Positions 26,881-39,359 of a stretch of DNA of 64,000 bases are shown here, piece after piece (the stretch's first letter is position 1; every line of letters starts with the position of its first letter). A model generated the notes under the pieces. It was not told where the DNA came from. It saw only the letters and a list, made by a program, of their open reading frames with translations, and searched no databases. The DNA comes from Narcine bancroftii (Eukaryota), in assembly GCF_036971445.1 (NCBI RefSeq), contig NC_091477.1:27652001-27716000 (forward strand), given 5' to 3'. A program made the position numbers and the translations under genes.

Positions 26881-29044
26881 GGGGTACTGATGGTAGTGAT
26901 CAGCCATGATCTGTAAAATGGCAGTGCTGGCTTGACAGGCCGAAGGGCTTACTCCAGCTCCTATTGTCTATTGTGGTGATGAACTGTTGTTTGTAAAAAA
27001 TTTAATATATTTGGATAGTGAAAATTTTATTATGCATATTTTTGGGGAAAAAAATGCAAAAAAAATAACCCATCTTGGACACACATCTCACTTGTCAGGA
27101 AGGCACATCAGAGACTGCACTTGCTGAGATTGAAGCAACAAGGTTACTACCATGTTAGCTTACCATTGATGTGATTATTATCTGAAGAGGGTGCACAAAA
27201 TAGTTGACCCACACACAACTTTCAGCTACTCCCAGATGAAACAGTAGATTAGAGCCAGTACCATCAGGCTGAGAAACAGCTTCTTCCCACAGGCATTGAG
27301 ACTGCTTAATGACTGGACTGCTCATACTAACCATTTGGGACTATTTATTAAACATTTATTTTATATATTTGTCCTGCATACATATCTGTATGTGTATTAT
27401 GGATGGTTGTGAGTTTGCAAGTTTTGCTTCAGAGAACACTGCTTTGATAGGTTATTATACTTGTGCAATCAGATGATAAATGAACTTCAACAAATCTATC
27501 GCTCAGTCTGATGGGTGACATGCTTAATGGCACTTTGATTATTTTTCACCCCTTGAGCCTAACACATTTTGAAACCGTTTCTAAGCAATCTATTCGTCCC
27601 TAATTTCCCATTGAAGACATAATATATTTTGCTATATACTCAGCCTTTATCCTCCATCAATCATTTCTTTGCCAATTTATACAATCAACTTACTTTTGAC
27701 CACAATAAATCTCTGAATTTAACTCTATCCATGGCTGGGCCACTCTTTGCTTCTCTCACAATTTCTCAAGAAAATCCAAGAGTAAAATATCACAAAATTA
27801 ACTAGTCACTTGCAGAAATGTGATCACCAAGCATTAGCCTATCATTTCCACTGTAGTTCAAAAGTCATATGATGACCTATTGGCATATGCAGTCTCCCAC
27901 AAACTGTGCATAACAGAAGTGTTCTTGAAATTCACATTTACCATGCCAAGACAAACACTTTAAACCCAAAGAACACCAATATTGGTCAATTATGCAAGAA
28001 AAACAAGGTACTGTATAAAGATTTACATTTTTATTGAAAATAATGAAGTAAAATGCAACTTGTTTTGAAGATTGTTAAAAACAAACTCCAATATATGATC
28101 CTGTGGTATTATAATCATGCTCAATTTACACTATAACTTGTTTTACTGTTTTTGCTAATACTCGCCAGTGTTGAAATTGTAATACCACTTTTAAAATATT
28201 ATTATAGAACACTGCCTTTACATGAAGCACACAATATAACTCAAGTCACTAAAAATGCTTTGGCAAATATGATCATCACAGATTAATTCGATAACTTGTT
28301 TCTCATGTGGATGAAGGAACTGTCTAATGTAGTTCCAGCTATTTTTTGTACTTGTGTATGTGACATGACTTCTTATGTATTTTCCTCATATTTTTTAAGC
28401 TTGTTAAAGTTGATAAAAAATTTAAAAAGAAAATGCTTTGCAGAGCAAGTTTGTACAACACAACTTTAAAAACAGAAAAATCTTTTCTCATTATAATGAC
28501 CTAAAAGACAATAGTTTATACTAATGTCTTTAAAAAAAACAAATCCAATTATGCATACACAAAAACAAATGTAAAAAAAATTACAAAGGAACAATAAAAG
28601 CAGCAGTAGTGAAATTCAAGAATCTTAAGAATGTGAAAGCTACAAGTAATGGTGGCTGGAGGACATGTAATCATGGATAGGAAAACAATTATTAACAATA
28701 TCCAAAAAAAAAAAAATTTATATAATTCAATGAGAAGTCAAATTGATCAGATTTTCATGCCATGTTAAGAAAGTGCTGTGTGATCAAAGGACATCCTTTT
28801 ATGTGATAATTCAATGTCATCATGACTTGACAATGCAATTTGAATAAAAGATTTTCACCGAGTTGAAATGAAAAATCTTAGACTGAATGCATACCCAATT
28901 AGGTATGATAAGCATTTTGTGCAACAATGTTAAACATTTTACAAATAAATTCATTCTTCGAATTCCGGTTACTTGTTTCCTGGTTCACACAGTAGGTAAA
29001 ATATCAGTGCAACAAAATAGGAGTTTACAGTCAGATTCCTTTTG

Positions 29045-29071
29045 CTATAATGTCTGCAAGAATGCCTTCAC
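29045..29071 (-). CDS. dck: Deoxycytidine kinase exon 7 (VKAFLQTL*)
   Basis: cag| acceptor, TAG stop; the joined CDS is 795 nt (264 aa). Confidence 0.88.
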   Translation of the reverse strand: MKAFLQTL

Positions 29072-29344
29072 CTGTAACAAGACAACAGATATTTGAATGT
29101 CACCAGCTGTTATAGATCTTCCTTTAAACAATTCAACATGAGAATGAACCATCAGATGGTCTATGAGTGTTGATGAAAGATGCAAGCTGAACTAAAAGCT
29201 ATTTTTTTCTTTTCATTTGTGACCTATTTTTGACTCACCAAGAGTGGAATGGGCAAGTCTTGATGCTTTAATAAATCAGCCATCTTCTGGAATTTAGATG
29301 GACTGGAAATTTTAATCTCTACAGAAAAAATTATTCAAGTTTAC

Positions 29345-29444
29345 CTTTTCTAGAATGTCTTCTTGTTTAACCTGGTCATTCTTAAAATCTTCATTAACAT
29401 CCAACACCAAAATAGGGATGTCCTTCAAGTATTCAAAGTCAAGT
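29345..29444 (-). CDS. dck: Deoxycytidine kinase exon 6
   Basis: [33 protein letters not shown]; tttcag| and |gtaa splice sites; phases match the neighbouring exons. Confidence 0.92.
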
Positions 29445-29494
29445 CTGAAATAAGTCAACCATAAATCATTGTAATTGTTTCAAGGATTGTTGCC

Positions 29495-32400
29495 CAAGAA
29501 ATTAAAGAGAGATTGGGTAGGACATGTAACAGCAGCATCGTATAATTCAAAAGCAAGAGGAGTGGCTATATTAATTAGCAAAAATGTGCCATTTAAAATA
29601 GAAGAGGAAATAATAGATCCAGCAGGGAGATATGTTATGATAAAATGTCAGATATATTCAGAGCTTTGGAATCTACTTAATATATATTCACCTAACGAAG
29701 AAGATCAAAAGTCTATGCAAGATATCTTTTTGAAGGTAGCTAATACGCAAGGGAACATACTAATAGGAGGGGATTTCAATCTGAATTTGGATCCAAATAT
29801 GGATAAAACGGGGAAAAAAATTAACAGGAAGAACAAAGTAACCAAATTTATAATTAAATCAATGCAAGAAATGAAACTTGTGGACATATGGAGGAAACAA
29901 AACCCAAAAGAAAAGGAATACTCATACTACTCGACTAGACATAAAACATACTCAAGGATAGACCTATTCCTGTTATCAGCCCACATACAAGGGAGAGTTA
30001 GGAAAACGGAATATAAAGCTAGACTATTATCGGACCACTCACCCCTGTTATTGGCAATAGAGCTAGAAGACATCCCTCCAAGAATGTATAGATGGAGATT
30101 AAACCCCATGCTACTTAAAAGACAGGATTTTAGAGAATTTATTGAAAAACAATTAAAAATGTACTTTGAAGTAAATACGGAATCAGTGGAAGATAAGTTT
30201 ATACTATGGGACGCAATGAAAGCATTCATTAGAGGGCAAATAATAAGTTATGCAACCAAGATGAAGAAGGACTATAATCAGGAAACAGAGCAGTTGGAAA
30301 GGGAAATAATAAACATAGAAAAAAAATTAGCAATAAAGGAAGATACAACCAAAAGAAGAGAATTGGCGGATAAAAAAATAAAATATGAAACATTACAAAC
30401 ATATAAGGTGGAGAAGAATATAATGAAGACAAAACAGAAATATTATGAACTAGGGGAAAAAACACACAAAATCCTAGCATGGCAGCTTAAGACAGAGCAA
30501 ACTAAGAAAATGGTATTGGCAACAAGGAAAAAAGACAAACAAATTACATATAATCCAAAAGAAATTAAGGAAAACTTCAGAGAATTCTATGAACAATTAT
30601 ACCGAACCGAAAACGAAGGGAAAGAAGGGAAAATAGATGAATTTTTGACTAAAATTGAACTACCAAAACTACAAATAGAGGAACAAAATAAATTAACAGA
30701 ACCATTTGGAACAGTAGAAATACAAGAGATAATAAAAAATTTACCAAATAATAAGACACCAGGAGAGGATGGACTCCCAATAGAATTCTACAAAACATTT
30801 AAAGACCTAATAATACCGCCCCTCCTGGATGTAATCAACCAGATTGATGAGACACAAAACTTACCAGATTCATGTAAAACAGCAATAATTACAGTGATAC
30901 TAAAACAAGGGAAAGATCCACTCTCACCAGCGTCATATAGACCAATATCTCTGCTAAACACAGATTATAAGATAATAGCTAAACTATTAGCGAACAGATT
31001 AGCAGAACAGGTACCGAAAATGGTAAATTTAGACCAAACTGGATTTATCAAAAAAAGACGCACAACAGACAATATTTGTAAATTTATTAACTTAATTCAT
31101 GCAGTAGAAGGAAATAAAGCACCGGCAGTAGCAGTTGCTTTAGACGCAGAGAAGGCCTTCGACAGAGTAGAATGGAATTACTTGTTCAAAGTATTGCAAA
31201 AATTCAGTTTACCGGAGAAGTATATTAATTGGATTAAAGCATTATATAAGGGACCGTTAGCGAAAGTGACAGTAAATGGACATGTATCAAAGCAATTTAA
31301 CTTAAGCAGGTCAACGCGGCAGGGATGCCCACTATCACCATTATTGTTTGCGCTAGCTATAGAACCACTAGCAGAATTGATAAGAAGAGATAATAATATA
31401 AAAGGAATAAAAATAAAAGACAGGGAATATAAAATCAGTCTGTTTGCGGATGATGTGATAGTGTACTTAACAGAACCAGAACTATCAATAAAAGAACTAT
31501 ATAAGAAATTGAAGGAATATGGAGAAGTGTCGGGATACAAGATAAACGTAAATAAAAGTGAAGCAATGCCTATGAATAACGCGGATTTCTCAAAATTTAA
31601 GGAGGAATCCCCATTCAGATGGCAAACGCAGGCAATAAGATACCTAGGTGTGCAAATAAACAAAAATCTAGGCCAATTATATAAACTCAATTACAATCCA
31701 CTAATGAAAAAATTACAGGACGATTTAGAGCATTGGAAAGAGCTACCACTAACACTGATAGGAAGGATAAACTGTATTAAAATGAACATTTTTCCAAGGA
31801 TACTATACTTATTTCAGGCATTGCCAATACAACTGACAGAAAAATTCTTCAAAGAGTTAAAGAAAATAATAAGGAGATTTTTATGGAGAGGGGGGAAACC
31901 GAGGATAGCACTAGACAAATTAACAGAATGGTATAAACAAGGAGGCTTACAATTGCCAAACTTCAAAAATTATTATAGAGCCGCACAATTAAGGTACCTA
32001 TCAGATTTTTATCAAACAAGGGAAAAACCAGACTGGACGAGACTAGAATTAGATAAAATAGGGGAAAAGATACCTGAACACATATTATATAAATGGGACG
32101 AAAAATTGGTACAACATAGAACTTCTCCAGTATTACACCATCTCCTCAATATATGGAAGAAGATTCATGTAGAAAGAAATAAAATAAATTACCAAATACC
32201 AAAACTAATATTGACGCAAAATAAGCTACTCCCTTTTACAATAGACAACCTTGCCTTTAGAAAATGGGGAAAAAAAAGGGATTAAAAGAATAGAAAATTG
32301 TTTTTCAGGAAGTAGATTCTTATCCTTTGAACAAATGAGAGATAAGTACAATATAACGGGAGATACAGCGCTGGCATATTACCAACTGAGATCCTACTTG

Positions 32401-33414
32401 AAAGATAAATTAGGAAGCAACTTGAGTTTACCAGAGGGAAGTAACCTTGAATATGTGATTACAGATACAATGTTAATCAAAAGATTTATAAAAAATATGT
32501 ATATTAAACTGCAAGAAAAGGAAAATGAGGAAACAAATGGTAAAACTAAACAAAAATGGGAACAAGATTTAAATATAAAGATAAAAAAGGAAACATGGGA
32601 GAAGTTATGCTCTGGAACGATGAGAAATACAATAAATACGAGGCTGCGTATGATACAATATAATTAGTTACACAGACTATACATTACACCGCAAAAGTTA
32701 AATAAATGGGACCCAACAGTATCTGATAGATGTTTTCGATGTAAAAAAGAAAGGGGAACAACAATTCATGCAATCTGGACATGTGAGAGAGTAGAAAAAT
32801 TTTGGGATGATCTCAATCAGATATTAAATAAAATAACAGAAAACAATATACCAAAGAATCCAGAGATCTTTCTCCTAAGTAACATAAAAAATAAAGAATT
32901 TGGAATTGACTTGGAGGATGCACAAAAAAGATTTGTTAAGATAGCCCTAGCTGTAGCAAAAAAATGTATTATGTCAACCTGGAAATTGGAAGATAATTTG
33001 AAAATACAACAATGGTATATAGAAATGAATAAATGTATTCCATTAGAAAAAATAACATATAGTTTAAGAAATAATATTGAAATATTCGAACAAGTATGGG
33101 AGCCTTACATTAAATACAATAGCGAAAACCTACCGGGAACAAACATTACCTAAGTTGATGGAAGGAGAAGAAAAGAAAAGAATGGACTCAGTAGAATTTC
33201 TGGTGTATTTTGTTGAATGACAACATTGTCTAGCTGAATTAATGCAACCTAGATTGTATAACTAAAATGGATGAGAGGGGGGGGGGATGGGGGGGTGGCT
33301 TGGGAGGAGGGAGGGGGGAGGGAGAAAAAGTCACTGTAAATGTGTGGAAAAGAAAAAGTGTATATCATGGCTATTGTGATTTATGGTGTGAAAAATAAAA
33401 AATTAAAAAAAAAA
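29495..33414 (+). mobile_element. Young 5'-truncated L1 with near-intact ORF2, in dck intron 5 and antisense to dck
   Basis: 936-aa open frame (APE endonuclease and RT with FADD). One frameshift at the A/G run near 32270 and one TAG at 32665. CFRC..HAIWTC knuckle, G-rich 3' UTR, AATAAA and poly(A). 13-bp TSD aaggattgttgcc at 29482-29494 and 33415-33427. Confidence 0.95.
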
Positions 33415-33471
33415 AAGGATTGTTGCCACAAGTAGATTTAATTTACGTAAAATAAAAAATGCCTTACTTAC

Positions 33472-33587
33472 TTCATTGTTCGGTTATGAAGCCAAGATTC
33501 ATGCTTATAATTTAGTTTTTCCAGATACTCCAACTCAATCCCTTGTTCCTCCTCCCGGCCTCTCAAATGAAGTCGCTCCATACATTT
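33472..33587 (-). CDS. dck: Deoxycytidine kinase exon 5
   Basis: [38 protein letters not shown] (lid region); 116 nt; canonical splice sites. Confidence 0.93.
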
Positions 33588-33667
33588 CTGCCAAATAGCA
33601 CATGATAAAATTCAGCATTCAGAAAACTTATAAAGTTAAATTCAAAAGCAAAAAACCCAAGGCTTAC

Positions 33668-33815
33668 TTCAGGGGTTGCTCGGAGATAGATCATGGCATC
33701 CAATTCAATTTCGGAGCCAAATTGGCTCAATAGCCAACCATGCCAATCTTGGTAAATGGCCCATTCAGTTTCATTAAGGTTTCCAGATTCAAACAAATTT
33801 GAGGCAAATATATAT
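33668..33815 (-). CDS. dck: Deoxycytidine kinase exon 4
   Basis: [49 protein letters not shown]; 148 nt. Confidence 0.95.
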
Positions 33816-33963
33816 CTGTTGGGAGAAAAGGAAGTGATCACATTAAGTCAGCTCATAGTAGTCTAAAACAGATTTGCTAAATATTAAAAAGTTAACACCA
33901 CAGAAGAAACTAATATTAGTGTAATGTTAGTCAAAAAGATATTGCAGTAATAGTATAGTTCAC

Positions 33964-34157
33964 CTGTCACTGTATACAGATCTTTCAAAGAACTGCATGG
34001 GGTGCTCTGCATCCTGAATTTTGGAGGACAATGGCTTGAGTTGTGCCCGAACCCTGCTCAGGCAAGCATAAGTTTGAAATGTGTATGCCCATCGATTTGG
34101 CTTGGTATAGAGCATCTGGAGAAGATTGCCACCACTCTTCTGGGATGTTGTAAGTTC
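33964..34157 (-). CDS. dck: Deoxycytidine kinase exon 3
   Basis: [40 protein letters not shown]...[10 protein letters not shown]; 194 nt; ERS motif. Confidence 0.95.
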
Positions 34158-34731
34158 CTTTTATCAAAAATTAAAACAAATAGGAATAAATGTATGATTA
34201 TAAATTCCAAATATTTCAGCCCAACAGTGCTGTCAAGCAGCTATTCTCAACCAGGACCCAATAGCCACAGTACATTGAAGTAAAACCCTTGTTTCCTTTC
34301 ACATTAAAAAAAATAAAAATAATTGTCAAGTCGTTACAGAAGAAACCAAAATTTGACTGCCTCGTAGGGATGGGGGCCCATAAACTTTGAGCAGAGTCCT
34401 CAGGGACCATAGCCAAAAAAAATAGGCTCAGTATGGCTGCAGTTTGAATGTCGGCCTCACAACCAGGAGACAATTTTCTATTAGTCATCAGAATCTAAAA
34501 ATAGGAGGAGCTTGCAGCCTCACCATTTTATCAGCAAATCCAGTTTAGCAAACCAAAAATAGAGCAATTTCTTTGTTCAAATTGTTACAAGAGCAAAGCA
34601 AAAACAGAAAAGGTGAATACACACGATTTTTGCAACTTTCAGTCTCTTTATTTTGAACAATTTTCCAAATGGGATGGACAATGATTCAAAAGGTGAGCAA
34701 AATAGATCGAAAATATATCTTTATTTACTAC

Positions 34732-34847
34732 CTGGTATTCATTGTCAGCGGTTTGCACGTTACACCATTTGGCAATAGGTTCAGGAACAACTTCCCACTC
34801 ATCACTGGCTTGCTCCAACATTCGAACGAAGGTGGACTTTCCCGCAG
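34732..34847 (-). CDS. dck: Deoxycytidine kinase exon 2
   Basis: [39 protein letters not shown] (P-loop and EP motif); 116 nt. Confidence 0.95.
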
Positions 34848-35493
34848 CTGTTAAGAATAACAATAGCAGGATGTATCCATACAATCTGAATAAAAGTATC
34901 ACGAGTACATCTCGAAACATTTGTCTAAAGATTTAAATTCAATTGAATTAGATTTTGACAACATAGGCGCGGTTACTTTGTCGTTAACCAAATCCATGTT
35001 ATTACGAGAATGAATATAATGCAAGAATCAAGCTCGAATTAAAACTATTGACATTTAGTTTAGAAAAAAGGAGACTGGCAGTGAAAATGTAACATTATCA
35101 GCACTCATGGGAAGATTTCCCGCGCAATGGGGTGACTCGGCACCGATAGTGAGACAATGTTACTCTAGATGAATGTTTGTTACAGAAATGAAGACTCGAT
35201 TCAGTCAAGATGTTTAAACTTTATATTTGAGCAAACAGACTTGAACATTCCCTCGAGTAGTTCCGCCATCAACTTGCAGCCCGCCAAAATACGAGGCGCC
35301 AAATTTTTTGACATCAATTCTGAACCAATACCCCCCCCCACAATATTTATAAAAACCGTAAAGATCAAGCGATGATATTTACACCGCATTTTTTTTTAAA
35401 TCGTATTTTTCCCACATTTCACCGTAACCAAGGCAGGTAGAATAAATTTAGATCACGGGTGTGCAAAACATCCTCCGATTCTCATTCACTCAC

Positions 35494-35587
35494 CGATGTT
35501 CCCTTCGATTGAGATCTTCTTCACTCTCTTGTCAAAGCTGTTATCAAAAAGGGGGCTGATGCACATCCTTTTCGGAGGAGTCGCCAT
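35494..35587 (-). CDS. dck: Deoxycytidine kinase exon 1 (likely the dCK2 paralog)
   Basis: accATGg Kozak context; [31 protein letters not shown]; G|gtgagt donor. Confidence 0.95.
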
Positions 35588-35599
35588 GGTCTTGCTGGA

Positions 35600-35900
35600 G
35601 GAGTGCGGCTACTGTTTGAAATTGGCGGGCTTGGCGCCGGTCCTTCCAGCATTTGTACTGCGGCTCCTGGCCCCTCCCCCTCCCCCCGTGGCCCCTCCCC
35701 CCACTCCTCCCAAGACCAGCGCTGGGCGATGCGATGGCCGCCAGCCTTCGCTTGCATCATCAACCGGAAAAATAATGCGATTGGCCAGGGCATTTCCTCC
35801 AGGGCTCCCACGTCCGAATCAGTGAGTGTTTCCGGTGGCGCCTCACACGTTAACATTTTTTCCGTCGGTGAAATGTCAGCTTGAATGGCGGAAGTCATAT
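35600..35900 (-). promoter_or_regulatory. CpG-rich dck promoter / 5' UTR
   Basis: CpG-rich stretch. Motifs: TTTGAA (CHR-like) 35615, TTGGCGGG and TTGGCGCC (E2F-like) 35622-35638, GC-box-like C tracts, ATTGG near 35780, GGCGGAAGT (ETS) near 35888. Confidence 0.65.
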
Positions 35901-36024
35901 TGAAAGCAGAGTACAGAGCCTTTAGCCATCATGTCTCGACCCATACATAAAAAAAATACCAAACCCTCTATTTTTCTTTCATCTATGTGCCTATGGAAGA
36001 ACATCTCATATTTTGTCTGTCACC

Positions 36025-36445
36025 GCCCCCCATCTCTCTCAATCCTTTTTTTCTCCTTTCCTCCAGCTCTCCATTCAGTCAAACCCTCCCCTCATCAATT
36101 CTCCCCTTTCCTTTCCTCCATTCCATATCTACTTTATTGTCTGTGCTTCACAATCCTCCCCCACCCTCTCCCCATCTCTCTCAATCCTCTATTTCTCCTT
36201 TACTCCAGCTCTCCATTCACAGTCAAACCCTCCCCCCATCAATTCTCACCTTTCCTTTCCTTCATTCCATATCTACTTTATTGTCTGTGCTTCACAATCC
36301 TCCTCCCATCTCTCTCAATCCTCTATTTCTCCTTTACTCCAGCTCTCCATTCAGTCAAACCCTCCCCCCATCAATTCTCCCCTTTCCTCCATTCCATCTC
36401 TACTTTATTGTCTGTTGGCCTGTGCTTCAAAATCCTCCCCCCACC
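36025..36445. repeat. About 3 imperfect copies of a ~135-bp pyrimidine-rich unit, followed by a Penelope-like terminus (36500-36605)
   Basis: cccatctctctcaatcctctatttctcctttactccagctctccattcagtcaaaccctccccccatcaattctc... repeats at about 36027, 36171 and 36305. Confidence 0.8.
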
Positions 36446-37099
36446 CACCCCCCACTTTCTTCCCTTCTCCCCCAGCCTTCTTATTCTACTTTTTAATTCA
36501 TACGTCAAAGAAGGTCTCAGGCCTGAAACATCAGTTGTCCAGTACATCTTTACCTCCTGTTGTGAGACCTGCTGAGTTCCTCCAGCGTTTCTGTGTTTTT
36601 ACTCTTGGAAAGAGTGATCACAATGTCACTGAATTTCTCACTAATGCACCATCAATAACTCCAAAATACTGAAGTTGAATAAACTGATAGGCTTTTTATT
36701 AGCTCTAGAACAAAAGCACATCCATGCTGATCCACTATTCTGCACTGGGAAGAGGGCTGTGGAACAGTCTGGAGCCTGTGGAAGGAGTCACAGGTACAGT
36801 CGGCCAATCTGAGTGCCCAAACAGATAGACATACAGTGGTTTACCACACTCATGCAGATGAAGAGTGCACTAGTACAATCTAAAACGAGTGTAGTATGCC
36901 TAAACATGGAAACTACAATGGGATGAGGGAGGACTTGGCTCAGGTTGACTGGCTACACTGGTTGTATGGTGGGACAGTTGAGGAACACTGAAAAACTTTC
37001 AAATAGACCATTGACAGTGCTGTCTAAAGAATTTTCTAGTTAAAACAAGGACAGTAATGGTAGGGAGAGCTGGCCTTGGATAACAAAGGAAATAAATTG

Positions 37100-38110
37100 T
37101 CATCAAATTAAAAGACGCCAAATGGAAAATTGGAAAATTAGGAAAACTGAAAACCAAAAAAAAAGACTAAGCAATAAAGTAAGATAGATTACAGAAATAA
37201 ATCAAGACAAAATATAAAAGTAAATCATAAAAATGTTATAATTAAAGCAAAAAAAAAGTGGCTAAAGTGAATGGAGGTCCCTTGGAAGATAAGGAGGAAT
37301 TAATATTGGTTAATGCAAAAAAAATGGCCAAGACCTTGAACAATTGTTTTTTGTTAGTCATCAGAATGAAAGGCAGATCTCATGTTCCAAAGAATGATGT
37401 GAGGAGGTGAAGACCTCAATACAATCACTATCACTAAAGAGGTAGTACTGAGCAAGGCAGATATGACCCCTTGTCCTGATGGAATGCATCCCAGCGTACT
37501 GACAAAAATGTTGGAAGTTATAATCAATGCATTTGTGATAATTTACTAAAGTTCCCTGGATTCTGGGCAGGTCTTTGCAAATTAAAAGACACAAATGACA
37601 TCCAATTTAAAAAAAAGGATGTAGGCAAAAGATAGGGAACTACAACCACATTAGCTTACAGTTTATAGTCAGCTATTATTAAGGAAGAAATTGCAATACA
37701 TCCAGATAGAAAGTATTCCATCAGGCAAATGCATGGATTCAGAAAGGTCATATTTGACAAATTTACTGGAATTCTTTGAGCATTTGCAGCAGTGGATAGA
37801 GAGGAAGTGGTAGATGATGTAGACGGATTTCCAGAAGGTGATAAATGTTGCATAAAAGATATCGATAAATAGAATGCATGGAGTAGGGGGTAATATATTA
37901 GCATGGATAGATGATTGGTTAACCAATATAAGGCAGAAAGTTGAGATAATTAGGCATATCTTTGGTTGGAAATCAGGGGTCAGTGCTGGGCCTGCAACTG
38001 TTCAGCATATATAGCTGAAGCAGTTTTGGAAATGAGAGGTCATTCATTTTGGAATGAAAAATAGTAGATGCGATTATTATTTAAATAGTGAAAAATTCCA
38101 GCATGCTGTT
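37100..38110 (+). mobile_element. Degenerate CR1 LINE RT fragment
   Basis: Decayed PDGMHPSVL, MHGFRK..LTNLLEFFE and ILAWIDDWLTNIRQK motifs. Confidence 0.7.
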
Positions 38111-38263
38111 AATTTTTTTAATTTAAAGATACAGCCCAGTAACAGGTTCTTCTGGCACACAAGCCCGTGCTGCCCAGATACTCTCATGTGACTAATTATC
38201 CTACCAAGCTTGTACATCTTTGAACATGGGAGGAAACCAGAGCACCCGATTAAAGCTCTAATT

Positions 38264-38457
38264 CAGAGGTTCCCAACCTTTTTGTTCCTCTGTACCCCTT
38301 GGGCATTTTTATATGTTCCCGTGTACCCCTAGAAAAACACGACATTGTGCAATCTGACTGCAGATGACTACACCATGTATTGTACAGTAGTGGTTATTCT
38401 CTCAGACCCAATGTACCCTCTGAAAAGTGTAAATGTACCCCAGGTTGGGAACCCCTG
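38264..38457. mobile_element. hAT MITE, 194 bp
   Basis: TIRs cagaggttcccaacct / aggttgggaacccctg; 8-bp TSD ctctaatt at 38256-38263 and 38458-38465; internal tgtacccc subterminal repeats. Confidence 0.88.
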
Positions 38458-39359
38458 CTCTAATTAGACAGGAACTTGTGAAGATTGATTGACACAGTGT
38501 TTGCAGGTAAAGGGGCATCTGGCAAATTGAAAGGTTTTAAAAGAGATAGAAGATGCTCAAGGAAAGCATGTTCCTATCAGTGAAGGGTAAAAGTGGCAAA
38601 ATTAGGGAACCCCAAATGACTAGATATCTGGTCAAGAACAAGGAGACATCTGTCAGTTTTAGACAGTTGTAATCAAATAAATCCTTTGAGCAGCATAGAA
38701 GATGGAGGAGCTCACTTAAGAGGGAAAAAAAAGGATGTCAAAGCAGGGTATGAGATGGCTCTGCCAATTAAGATGAAGAATCCTAACATATTCCATGTCA
38801 AAGACAAGAGAATAACGAAGAAAGTAGAAGCATTCTTGAAGATCAACAAGGTCATCTATGTTCAAGAGTCATGATTCAATTTAATGCAATGTTATAAAAA
38901 CTGATATTACACAAAATTTCCTTTTGTCTGGTGTAAGGCACAGATTCACCATCAACAGAAATTGACTGAAGTGCCTCTTAGAGTCAGAGAAAGAGAAATA
39001 AAAGAGATCCCCCCAGAGCCACCGTGGATTTGCCTGTAGCACTCCCACAGCTTCCACAGCCAGAGTCCAGTCCAAACCACTGGCAACCAATACAAATTGT
39101 CCTCAGCACCCTCTTGCATCCCAGTTCTGATACCAGGTACCCTCTTCAGCCAGTTTCGAGCCAGGCTCCAGCAGTCCGCAGATTGGCGTGAATCCCTTGA
39201 CTGCCGCCTCCAGTAGCCTGCAGCCTGTGTGGGTTCCTCCCCTCGAGTCACCAACAACCTGCTTGCCTGTGTGGTTCCTTCAGCCACAGCTGCCGTGGTC
39301 ACCATCCTGTGGGTTATCTCCTCTGCTTCTCCTTCTCAAACGAGGTGTGTGGAGCCACA

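Noticed and set aside
29475-29494. Start 'MFQGLLP' of the 936-aa ORF as a genuine initiation
   Set aside because: It is a TTG in host intron and TSD sequence; the L1 is 5'-truncated inside the endonuclease domain.
34216-34488. 90-aa ORF in dck intron 2
   Set aside because: No recognisable homology or consistent splice phases, and the dck CDS is complete without it.
35931-36672. Long ORFs (169-219 aa) in three plus frames
   Set aside because: They come from a pyrimidine-rich tandem repeat that lacks stop codons; low-complexity S/P/L/F translation.
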